Shown here piece after piece: positions 45,738-53,411 of a DNA stretch of 53,411 nt. This DNA comes from Syntrophaceae bacterium UBA6255 (GTDB taxonomy: Bacteria; Desulfobacterota; Syntrophia; Syntrophales; Smithellaceae), in the NCBI GenBank assembly GCA_002441205.1, contig DJVN01000133.1:3900-57310 (forward strand), read 5' to 3'. Made by a program: the position numbers and the translations under genes. Below the pieces are notes generated by a model. It was not told the DNA's origin. It made no database searches and was given only the letters and a program-made list of their open reading frames with translations. Numbering within the stretch: the stretch's first letter is position 1; every line of letters starts with the position of its first letter.

Positions 45738-47348
45738 TTAATTAACATTGAACATTTCCCTGAGCATCATCTCTGTGCCGAAATAAGGATTGTTCAATGT
45801 ATTAATTCTTTTGTCTTTACCCTTCAACATTAAGGTTAAGAAATGAAGTTCTCTTTCATCCATGGAAACACTTTTTGTTCCGGCAATATAATAGAGATCA
45901 TTAAAAACGCCTGATATTTTTGGAGAAACTTCTGGAAATATTAATTTCAGCGTATTGTAGTTTATAACCTGAGCATCGGGTATGGGCCTGTAAGACCATT
46001 GAGTGAATATGCCGTTTTTATTCAGTGCTTTTTTTACCAGTTTGTAGAACTCAAGAGTATATAAATTACTGGAATAAACGACGGAAGGATGTTCAATATC
46101 CATGATGATAACGTCATATTTATTTTTGGTTTTCATCAAATATTTGTAGCCATCATTGAAAATAAGAGTCACCTTGGGATTTTCCAGAATATAATCGGTG
46201 AAAACATCAAAACATTTTGTTGCCTTCGGCATGGCCGGATTTATTTCAACCACATCAACCGATTGAACTTTCCGGTTTTTTGCTATTTCATTAAGCGTAA
46301 ATCCGCAACCGAGACCTATATTCAAGACTTTCAGATTATTTCTGTTGATGGAATTCAGGGATATATCGGCAAAATTGATTTCGCTTATTTCTTTCTGTTT
46401 AAATCCCTCCGTTGAGCATTGCACCCTGGTGTCAATATATAAATACCGGTGCTGTTCCTTATCAAATACCTCGTCGAACACGCTCAGTGCTCCATATGGC
46501 GAGTGAGAAAAAAATATTTTATTCTTAATTTTTACTTTTTTGAAATACTGCGATCCTGTTTTGTTTTGAAAAAGAAGGTTATCCTGGAGAATATATTTTT
46601 CTCTGTTTTCTTTGTTTAGATAGATCTTTGCGCTGCTTTCCAAGGGATTGATTGCCAGATAAAATCCCAAAGCAGCCATGAGGTAAAAAAACACCATAAA
46701 GACGAATTTTTTATTCCGCTGAAAATAAATAAGCAAACATATGAGTAAATTTACCAATATAGAAAAGAATATCAAAGTCTTTATGCCCCAGAACGGAATA
46801 AAAAGAAATCCGCTTAACAATGCTCCCAAGACAGCTCCGAAGAGATCGAAGCCGTATATAACGCCTATTTTTTCCGGTAATTGTTCGATGTTGTCAATGG
46901 ACATAACGATGATTGCCGGGAAGACCATTCCCATTAAAATTGTCGGGAAAATAAGATAAAAAAAACTGATGATGAGCTTGTTGATAAGCAGCATCTGAGC
47001 CGAATCAATCACTGGATACAGTAGATTAAAAATAAAGGGCACCACATCATAATTGGGGAAAATTAAAACCGCGTAAAGCGCGATAAGCAATTGTGATACG
47101 AAAATAAATTTTTTTATATCGGCAATTTTTTTTTCAAACTTACTAAAAATAAAACTTCCCAGTCCTATTCCAAAAAGAAAAATGGAAATAACGCTGGACG
47201 CTGTAATCGTGCTTTCATTAAAAAAATAGTATAAAACTTTTGTCGCAGCAATTTCATAAGCTAAACTAACAAAACCGGCCAAAAAAGCCACGGCCAGTAG
47301 CAGCTTGAAATTTGGATAATTTTTGTTTTCGATATGAGTGCCTGTCAT
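45738..47348 (-). CDS. Membrane-fused spermidine-synthase-like (class I SAM-dependent aminopropyl/methyltransferase fold) protein
   Basis: 536-aa ORF. The N-terminal ~230 aa carry about 7 hydrophobic helices. The C-terminal part has 'VLNIGLGCGFT', 'VDVVEINP' and 'YDVIIMDIEHP...LYTLEFYKLVKKALNKNGIFTQW', matching the spermidine synthase fold. Confidence 0.7.
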   Translation of the reverse strand: MTGTHIENKNYPNFKLLLAVAFLAGFVSLAYEIAATKVLYYFFNESTITASSVISIFLFGIGLGSFIFSKFEKKIADIKKFIFVSQLLIALYAVLIFPNYDVVPFIFNLLYPVIDSAQMLLINKLIISFFYLIFPTILMGMVFPAIIVMSIDNIEQLPEKIGVIYGFDLFGAVLGALLSGFLFIPFWGIKTLIFFSILVNLLICLLIYFQRNKKFVFMVFFYLMAALGFYLAINPLESSAKIYLNKENREKYILQDNLLFQNKTGSQYFKKVKIKNKIFFSHSPYGALSVFDEVFDKEQHRYLYIDTRVQCSTEGFKQKEISEINFADISLNSINRNNLKVLNIGLGCGFTLNEIAKNRKVQSVDVVEINPAMPKATKCFDVFTDYILENPKVTLIFNDGYKYLMKTKNKYDVIIMDIEHPSVVYSSNLYTLEFYKLVKKALNKNGIFTQWSYRPIPDAQVINYNTLKLIFPEVSPKISGVFNDLYYIAGTKSVSMDERELHFLTLMLKGKDKRINTLNNPYFGTEMMLREMFNVN

Positions 47349-47498
47349 TTATTTTGTTAATATCTCAATAAATAAATTATATCAATATTTATAAGTAGTA
47401 TTAAGCACAACCAGAACAACGAAGATAGTATTGAAGAAATAAGCTTACTGTATTTGAAACAGAAATTTATTAAACGTTTTGATGAGTGTGAAATTCAT

Positions 47499-49799
47499 TT
47501 AATATTGTTTGTCCGTTAAACTGTAAATATTGGGGTGAGTACATACTTCATAATATTTTTTTAATATTTTTCCGGCAACATCCAGTGCGCTGGGATTGAC
47601 TTTGTGAATAAACGCTTCCCGAATGGCAATACGCTGGAAATTGCCGTTGGCCAGAGGAACCTTCCCTGTGTATAATTTTACAATTTCATCATGTTCTGAC
47701 GGATAAATGAATGTTTGCAGGTTTATTTCCTGGTTAAGCTTGTTGAAGCCTTCTTCGTTGAGTTCAATTCCATTAACATTATAACGATAAGTAGAGTCAT
47801 CTATTGCCGTATCGGTCATTTCTTCTGATTCGTTTTCAAAAACAAATAAATTAAAAATGTCATTCTGGCTTTTAAATATCTTCCGCAGCATTTTATCGCA
47901 ACTGGACATGCGATCCGCCTGATTGATGGCTTGAGAAATCATTATTTTGGAATTACCGTCGAATAAAAAAGTCGGCGCACCCTGACAATAACAGATCCCT
48001 ATGCCTAACTCCAATGCCGGGAGATTATTTTCTTTGTTTTTTTCGTTGTAACTGCGGACGATTTGCAATATTCTTATTGCCAGTCCGCAGGCCCGGGCGA
48101 CACTGTAATTCATCTGCTCCCTGTCTTCATTTTCAAAAATTGATAGAATAATAGCATCTCCTTCGATAAAGACTTTAGACGCTCCGTATTCAGAAAGAAC
48201 GGCTGAGATAGGATCAAAAAAATTAAGGCTAAAAAGTGATGCCGGATTAAGCCCCATCTTTCTCATGGTGATGTTGATGGATATGGAACCGCGGATGTCG
48301 GCTTTGATGATGACATGATTGGCTATGGGTTTTTCTTCTTTGACTTTTTCATCAGGGAGAAGAAATTCGAATAGAGAGTGATTTTCCCGCGACAATGAAA
48401 TAATCTTTTCTTCTGTAACATGGTTGATGGAATCCATGGCATCTTTAATGATGCGAAAGTTATAAAGATCACGATGATATCTGGAAAATTGTTTGAGAAA
48501 CTGAATCAAATAATGTTTCTTTTCTTTTGTGGAACAGTGATGAATTCGTTTAAGGGTTTTTAATAGCGGCTCAAGCGAGAATTCATTACCATAAAGAGTT
48601 TTGAACCGTTTTTGCTGAGTTCTTAAAGATATTCTTGTCCAGAAATCAACTAAAAATTCCCGGATCTGCCGGGGAGACATTGGCGGACAATATTTTTCGT
48701 ATACGCGTTTCATTTCGAAACCAGCTACAATTTGTCGCATAAGACCGGAGCCTTTGAATTTACGGTAAAAGAGGTTGAGCAGATTTTTCTGCGCTTTTAT
48801 TTGTTTCTTGGATTTTTCAAGTATATCTTTAGCTTCCCCCGCCCTCATTGCTTTTTCATATTGTTCCTGAGAATCGATATAGTTGATAATCCGGTCAATA
48901 TTATCGGATTCCATAATTAATAAATCGAATACGTAATTATCAGCTTCGAAAATTCCATTAAATTCCTGCAACCTTCTTTCATGGGTGTCTGAATGCTCAT
49001 CAATGAAATGGTCGCTTGATAAGTCAATCTCGCCGAGTATTTTATATATGATCGATCTGACATTTTTGTAGTTATCAATATCCTCGGAGCGTTGTCCCAT
49101 GAGAACGTATTCTTCAATAAGAAAAAAATCGTCATTCGGATTGTTCGTGTGGAATAAAGGGTTTGTAAGATAAAAACCCGGTAAAATATCGTTAGCAGAG
49201 AAATGCGTTTCTCTCAAGTCTTTCAATTTTCGGGTATTGACATCGGTTAATAATTCAAAAAGCTCTTTTCCGACAAGGCGAATGATTTGATTATTATGAA
49301 GTTTAATTTCCGATAATTTTTCTTTAATCAAGAAAACATCGTTCTGGTCGTGCTGCGGAGAAAGTTGATACATCCTGACAAGAGGTTCCATTTTGGCAAC
49401 CAGGTTTTTATACTGACATTTAATTTCTTCCAGGAATAATTTTACAAGTGCCGTCTGTGCCAGAAAATCTATTTGAATTTCACGAGCAACCCTCGCTTTA
49501 TTTATACCGTCGAGTAGAATGTCATTGCAGATGCGCTTCAGGGATTCTTTTTCAATATCACATAAATCCTTTTTGTATTCCTTGAAAAAAAACTCCGTCC
49601 GGCTGTGCTTGACCGTTAAAAGAAAAGCCGTCTTTTTGAGAGAATTGTATAACTGGGGGCTGATATGAACATCCAAATGGATGTTATCCACCCCTAAAGA
49701 CAATCTGTTTAGAGAATAAGAAAGCTGATAACTTTTAATATCTAAATTTTTAATCGTTAGCGGTTGTTTTAGCGATTTCAATATGTTTAAACTTATCAT
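47499..49799 (-). CDS. Large uncharacterised protein with a C-terminal class-III nucleotidyl-cyclase-like domain
   Basis: 766-aa ORF, very AT-rich. Residues ~490-640 read 'HVIIKADIRGSISI...KVFIEGDAIILSIF...LELGIGICYCQG...ISQAINQADRMSS'. These match the cyclase-homology pattern (FaDIrGFT / GDa / GIh.G / N.A.R). I could not assign the N-terminal ~480 aa to any family. Confidence 0.55.
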   Translation of the reverse strand: MISLNILKSLKQPLTIKNLDIKSYQLSYSLNRLSLGVDNIHLDVHISPQLYNSLKKTAFLLTVKHSRTEFFFKEYKKDLCDIEKESLKRICNDILLDGINKARVAREIQIDFLAQTALVKLFLEEIKCQYKNLVAKMEPLVRMYQLSPQHDQNDVFLIKEKLSEIKLHNNQIIRLVGKELFELLTDVNTRKLKDLRETHFSANDILPGFYLTNPLFHTNNPNDDFFLIEEYVLMGQRSEDIDNYKNVRSIIYKILGEIDLSSDHFIDEHSDTHERRLQEFNGIFEADNYVFDLLIMESDNIDRIINYIDSQEQYEKAMRAGEAKDILEKSKKQIKAQKNLLNLFYRKFKGSGLMRQIVAGFEMKRVYEKYCPPMSPRQIREFLVDFWTRISLRTQQKRFKTLYGNEFSLEPLLKTLKRIHHCSTKEKKHYLIQFLKQFSRYHRDLYNFRIIKDAMDSINHVTEEKIISLSRENHSLFEFLLPDEKVKEEKPIANHVIIKADIRGSISINITMRKMGLNPASLFSLNFFDPISAVLSEYGASKVFIEGDAIILSIFENEDREQMNYSVARACGLAIRILQIVRSYNEKNKENNLPALELGIGICYCQGAPTFLFDGNSKIMISQAINQADRMSSCDKMLRKIFKSQNDIFNLFVFENESEEMTDTAIDDSTYRYNVNGIELNEEGFNKLNQEINLQTFIYPSEHDEIVKLYTGKVPLANGNFQRIAIREAFIHKVNPSALDVAGKILKKYYEVCTHPNIYSLTDKQY

Positions 49800-49813
49800 A
49801 ATATCCTTCTATT

Positions 49814-49835
49814 AAATTGATAAGCTAAATTGATA
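49814..49835. repeat. Direct repeat AAATTGATA x2 (13-nt phasing) just upstream of the RBS of the cyclase-like gene
   Basis: aaattgata occurs at 49814-49822 and 49827-49835. On the minus strand this reads TATCAATTTAgcTTATCAATTTAat, followed by AGAAGGA and the ATG. Confidence 0.5.
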
Positions 49836-49999
49836 GGCGTTTATTAAAAATGATTCATCCGCCAATAGAACATATATAAAAGATACGTTAACTTAATGTT
49901 TACTATCCTCATTCGCTTCATTCAGGGGATACGGGCAAACTCCAGCGCACCTATAGTGACCTTTAGGTTATTCGTTTCTGAAGCTTGAGTCTCACTAAA

Positions 50000-50647
50000 T
50001 TAGCGACAATATCCTCTGCTTTTGATAAGTTCCAGCGCTTTACAAAATCCCAATTCACAGGCTTTCTTAACGTCGCTGCAACCCTGTGTATTATTTTCCA
50101 GCATAAAGTAAGCCAACCCCCGGTTATTGTAAGCGTTGGCGTTATTGGGTTCCAGTTTAATGGCTTTATTAAAGTCTTCAATAGCCATTTTGTAGTTTTT
50201 AAGTTTATTGTAATTAATTCCCCTGATATTATAGGCCTCAGAAAAGTCCGGTTTAAGACGAATAGTTTCGCTGCATTCATCTATGGCCTCTTTGTATTGG
50301 CCAAGATTATTGTAAATAGTTGCGCGGTTAAAGTGAGCCAAAACCAGATCGGGTTGCAGACGAATAGCCGTATTAAAATCTTCAAGCGCAAGTTTATTGT
50401 CGCCTAGATTTTTATACACAACGCCTCTTTGATTATACGTATCGGCGTAGTCAGGCTGCAATTTAATAGCTTTATTAAGATATTCGAGGGCCTTTTGCGG
50501 ATCTGTATATTTTTTGCCGTCCCATAAAAGGTTTGCCTCGTTGATGAGATCCTCTGCGTTTTCGGAACTCTTTGAACAGGAACAAATCAATGTTAACGCC
50601 AAAACAAGAAAAATAAAAGTCACAACTTTTTTCATAATAACCCCCAT
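50000..50647 (-). CDS. TPR-repeat protein with a signal peptide (possible lipoprotein)
   Basis: 215-aa ORF. 'MKKVVTFIFLVLALTLICSCS' is followed by 4-5 tandem 34-aa TPR units ('AIKLQPDYADTYNQRGVVY', 'AIRLQPDLVLAHFNRATIY', 'TIRLKPDFSEAYNIRGINY', 'AIKLEPNNANAYNNRGLAY'). Confidence 0.8.
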   Translation of the reverse strand: MGVIMKKVVTFIFLVLALTLICSCSKSSENAEDLINEANLLWDGKKYTDPQKALEYLNKAIKLQPDYADTYNQRGVVYKNLGDNKLALEDFNTAIRLQPDLVLAHFNRATIYNNLGQYKEAIDECSETIRLKPDFSEAYNIRGINYNKLKNYKMAIEDFNKAIKLEPNNANAYNNRGLAYFMLENNTQGCSDVKKACELGFCKALELIKSRGYCR

Positions 50648-50733
50648 TCTTTAAATATTTAGTATTAAAATTTACATTATCATAATTAGTTCGATAATTT
50701 AATAAAAAATTACTTTTTATATATTGAGCATCG

Positions 50734-52173
50734 TCACTTTATATGTAGAAAAAATTCCGCAGGATTGATGTGAAGCTTAGCCGGAGGAATTCCTCGTACA
50801 ATAGTCAGACGGCTCGAACCTTCTTTAATGATCTGATCAGCCAGATAAATCATTTCACCACGACGCCAATTGCCCTTGCCGTCATTTACAAGACGTAACA
50901 CCAAAGGCAGGCTACGTTCGTCTTCATTAGGGTAATCCATGACAAGACCTATGCTTCCGTCGCTTAGTTCTACAACAGAACCGATGGGATAAATCCCCAT
51001 CATATGAATAAAACGCTTCAAAAGAATCGCATCAAAACTTTTCCCTGCTTCCGCCCACATTTGTCTGAGCGCGTGATCCGGGGTGTAAGATTTCGGTCGA
51101 TAGACTGTTTCAGCGGTCATGGCTTCGTAGACATCAGTGATATGCAGTATCTTGCCTATAAGACTCAGATGCCCGATAAAAAGCGTTCTGGGATAGCCGG
51201 TCATGTCCAGATTAAGATGGTGTTCGAACGGACCCAGGATAATTCTCGATCTCAAAGACGGAGTGGCATTTAACATGAGAATCTTTCTGACGCCGATAAC
51301 GGGGTGCGCCTTTAAAAGATCCCATTCTTCATCGGTCAACGTTCCGTGCTTCAGGAGAACTTCTTTCGGCACATCCACTTTCCCCAGATCGTGAAAAAGG
51401 CCGCAAATAACCAAATGCTCAAGAGCAATGTCCGATAATTCAATATGTCTTCCCAAACAAGCCGCCAAAAGAGCGACATTGACTGAATGGGCATATAAAT
51501 AATTATCATAATCCTTGAGCGTTGTTAATCCGATCATCAGGGTTGAATCTTCCTGGATCATGTCCACAAGGTTTTGGGCAACGCGTCTGCTTTTGCGTAT
51601 TCCGACCATGCCCTGATTGACTTTATTCGCTACTTCTCTCACTGCTTCGATTGCAGCAAAGTATTTTTTCCGCGCCTGCTCATACCGCTCATCGTCCGGG
51701 TTTTCACCAACTTCAATATCTTCGTCGCGTTGCGGAGATAGCTGTAGCCACGACACATCATGTTCCTTCAATTTTTGTTCCAGCCAGTCAAGAGGCTTGT
51801 CGTGTCTAATCGCATCATTCAACAGACGTAAAAACGTAATAATATCTTCTGGTAAAACGTTTCGTGAAGATCCTAGAAAATTTACACTTCCGATGCCTCG
51901 CTTTGAAAAAAATTCAGCCATGTTATAAACGATGAATGCCGCATCCCTGCGGTAGGGAAGTTTTTCTCCTCCAAGATGGAAACGACTCCGGTAAAGAAGA
52001 AGACTAATATCTCCACCGATGGTTAGTTCATTGAGAATATTTTGAAATGAACTGACACTAGTCTGGACAAGCTGATTATTATCCTGATACATTCGTACGG
52101 TATTAATCATATGATACAGGGCTCTCAGAAAATCATGCCCCAATCGTTCTGGAATCGATCGCCGTTCCGACAT
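50734..52173 (-). CDS. HD-GYP domain phosphohydrolase (cyclic-dinucleotide phosphodiesterase family) with an N-terminal domain of unknown function
   Basis: 479-aa ORF with 'HSVNVALLAACLG', 'GLFHDLGKVDVPKEVLLKHGTLTDEEWDLLKAHPVIG', 'HHLNLDMTGYP' and 'ITDVYEAMTAETVYR'. Confidence 0.85.
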   Translation of the reverse strand: MSERRSIPERLGHDFLRALYHMINTVRMYQDNNQLVQTSVSSFQNILNELTIGGDISLLLYRSRFHLGGEKLPYRRDAAFIVYNMAEFFSKRGIGSVNFLGSSRNVLPEDIITFLRLLNDAIRHDKPLDWLEQKLKEHDVSWLQLSPQRDEDIEVGENPDDERYEQARKKYFAAIEAVREVANKVNQGMVGIRKSRRVAQNLVDMIQEDSTLMIGLTTLKDYDNYLYAHSVNVALLAACLGRHIELSDIALEHLVICGLFHDLGKVDVPKEVLLKHGTLTDEEWDLLKAHPVIGVRKILMLNATPSLRSRIILGPFEHHLNLDMTGYPRTLFIGHLSLIGKILHITDVYEAMTAETVYRPKSYTPDHALRQMWAEAGKSFDAILLKRFIHMMGIYPIGSVVELSDGSIGLVMDYPNEDERSLPLVLRLVNDGKGNWRRGEMIYLADQIIKEGSSRLTIVRGIPPAKLHINPAEFFLHIK

Positions 52174-52175
52174 GA

Positions 52176-53411
52176 TTATTTTTCTCCTCTGTTTTTTTGG
52201 AAAAATTCTTTTCCTGCTTTACGCGCAATGCCGCGCAGACCGGGATAGAAACTTCGCCCTGCCGTTTCGATGACCTGTTTGGCTTCAGGTATTTTCAAGG
52301 CGGCCAACGCCTGTGCCGCGCCTTCACGATACGCCGACTTTTTAAACCAAGCCATCCACTTTTGATGCATCAAGGTTTTACTTAGGAAGGCAACAGATTT
52401 AATCGATCCGCATTTCCCCAGCGTCTGGAAACATTCCATAATGTGTTCGGCCTGGGCAGCGCTAAATTTTTGATTTTGAAGATATTGTATCAAAAGATCT
52501 TCTGCGGTTTCATTTCTGAACAGGGCCATTTGTGCCAGAATCACTCGGCGCACCGAAACGTCCGGATCGTTAATAAACTCAAAAATTAACGAAGTTTGAT
52601 TGCCAGGTGCCTGACCAATGGTCTTAATGGCCATGCGCCGAACGGTTGCTGAAGAATGTCGCGCCAGTTTCAAAAGATATTTTAAGATCTTGTCTGCTTC
52701 CTGTCTGGATAGCACTAAAACAAGCTTCTCTGCTATTTTTTCGTCAGAATTGTTAATCAGTGATTCCAGGCAGCTTATATCCTGACGAACAAGCGCAATA
52801 ATTGTATTTTCAACTATTTGTTCAAGTTGTGAAGGCTGTCCTAAAACAAAGAGATGCATGAGTGCCGTTACAGACCTTGGATGCAAGTGCTTAAAAATGC
52901 CGTCAAGGATTATCATTTGCTGTAAATTTAAATTGCTCCAAATATTTCCCAGTGGTTTCAAGCATTTGGAGTCTGAAGAGATATCCTTATAAAAGGATTC
53001 AAGCAGTGGACCTGCCCAAGATGTGCACAATCGTCCACTACCCAAAATTTTGCGCAAACCGTCAAGAACGATCAGAGCGGCTTCGTAATCCTGACGATGA
53101 TAAGAGCCTTCAAATTCCTCCAATAGAACTCCCAGAACAATTTTAAAATCTTTTTCTTCTTGAATTTGCAAAAGCATATCTAATAGCATGTTCAGATGTT
53201 CTGTAATGGATGCTTTTTCTTCACGAGCGACCATCTCCTGCAGCTCTGTTTCTTCCTGCGGTGTTAGAATAAAATAGGATGGGTCAATGGTGATGCCGCC
53301 AAGGGCAGCGCTTCCAATGGCCTGGTCATCGATTGAAGTGGTTCTCTCTTCTGTTTCGATTTGATCTGTGTCGTCAGGATAGGTTGTTTCTAATTTAGAA
53401 AGCTTATCAAT
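52176..53411 (-). CDS. HEAT-repeat protein (5' end outside the window)
   Basis: The minus-strand frame stays open from the window edge (…IDKLSKLETTYPDDTDQIETEERTT…) through the first listed Met at 53234. HEAT-like repeats are present ('HSSATVRRMAIKTIGQA', 'NDPDVSVRRVILAQMA'). Its stop is 2 nt from the HD-GYP start codon. Confidence 0.65.
   Translation of the reverse strand: MDKLSKLETTYPDDTDQIETEERTTSIDDQAIGSAALGGITIDPSYFILTPQEETELQEMVAREEKASITEHLNMLLDMLLQIQEEKDFKIVLGVLLEEFEGSYHRQDYEAALIVLDGLRKILGSGRLCTSWAGPLLESFYKDISSDSKCLKPLGNIWSNLNLQQMIILDGIFKHLHPRSVTALMHLFVLGQPSQLEQIVENTIIALVRQDISCLESLINNSDEKIAEKLVLVLSRQEADKILKYLLKLARHSSATVRRMAIKTIGQAPGNQTSLIFEFINDPDVSVRRVILAQMALFRNETAEDLLIQYLQNQKFSAAQAEHIMECFQTLGKCGSIKSVAFLSKTLMHQKWMAWFKKSAYREGAAQALAALKIPEAKQVIETAGRSFYPGLRGIARKAGKEFFQKNRGEK

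Noticed and set aside
49985-50407. 140-aa plus-strand ORF and 105-aa minus-strand ORF (49963-50280) overlapping the TPR gene
   Set aside because: The TPR frame shows clear 34-aa repeats and a signal peptide. The overlapping frames show nothing.
53397-53411. An 11-nt match (agcttatcaat) between the window end and the reverse complement of 49817-49827
   Set aside because: It is a short AT-rich match. One copy is inside a CDS and there are no flanking features of a mobile element. It is most likely chance.

Overview
This is a 53.4-kb, moderately AT-rich bacterial chromosomal window made up mostly of core housekeeping genes. From gene content, the organism looks like a Gram-negative anaerobe, possibly Desulfobacterota/Deltaproteobacteria-like; this is inference only. 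Three conserved syntenic blocks are recognisable: rpmH-rnpA-yidD-yidC-jag-mnmE (8.0-12.9 kb), rpsF-rpsR-DUF2232-rplI-dnaB (15.0-18.8 kb), and clpB-DUF1844-ispE-tRNA-Gln-prs-rplY-pth-hppA (36.3-45.2 kb). On the minus strand between them lie a PagL-like outer-membrane protein, a class A PBP, an 8.7-kb cyclic beta-1,2-glucan synthase gene and rpoH. The accessory or less ordinary content is as follows. (i) A histidine kinase and a sigma54-dependent response regulator are convergent. (ii) Two diverged acyl-CoA dehydrogenases, a TetR gene and an SCP2-domain gene are linked by four copies of a TTACC-N4-GGTAA palindrome. (iii) Two gene relics are present: a Kef-type antiporter and a RAYT/IS200-like Y1 transposase. 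The transposase relic contains a perfect 15-bp hairpin. (iv) There is a cysteine-rich Fe-S protein, a PAS-LuxR regulator and a CdaZ-type diadenylate cyclase. (v) An AT-rich block at 45.2-50.0 kb encodes a Skp-like protein, a membrane-fused spermidine-synthase-like protein and a 766-aa protein. That protein has a large unassignable N-terminal region fused to a class-III nucleotidyl-cyclase-like domain. A TPR protein and a translationally coupled HEAT-repeat/HD-GYP pair follow it. My best candidate for something undescribed is this cyclase-centred second-messenger cluster (47.5-53.4 kb). The putative heteromeric ACAD/TetR/SCP2 regulon is second. Neither can be proven from sequence alone. No CRISPR array, rRNA gene, intact mobile element or prophage was seen.
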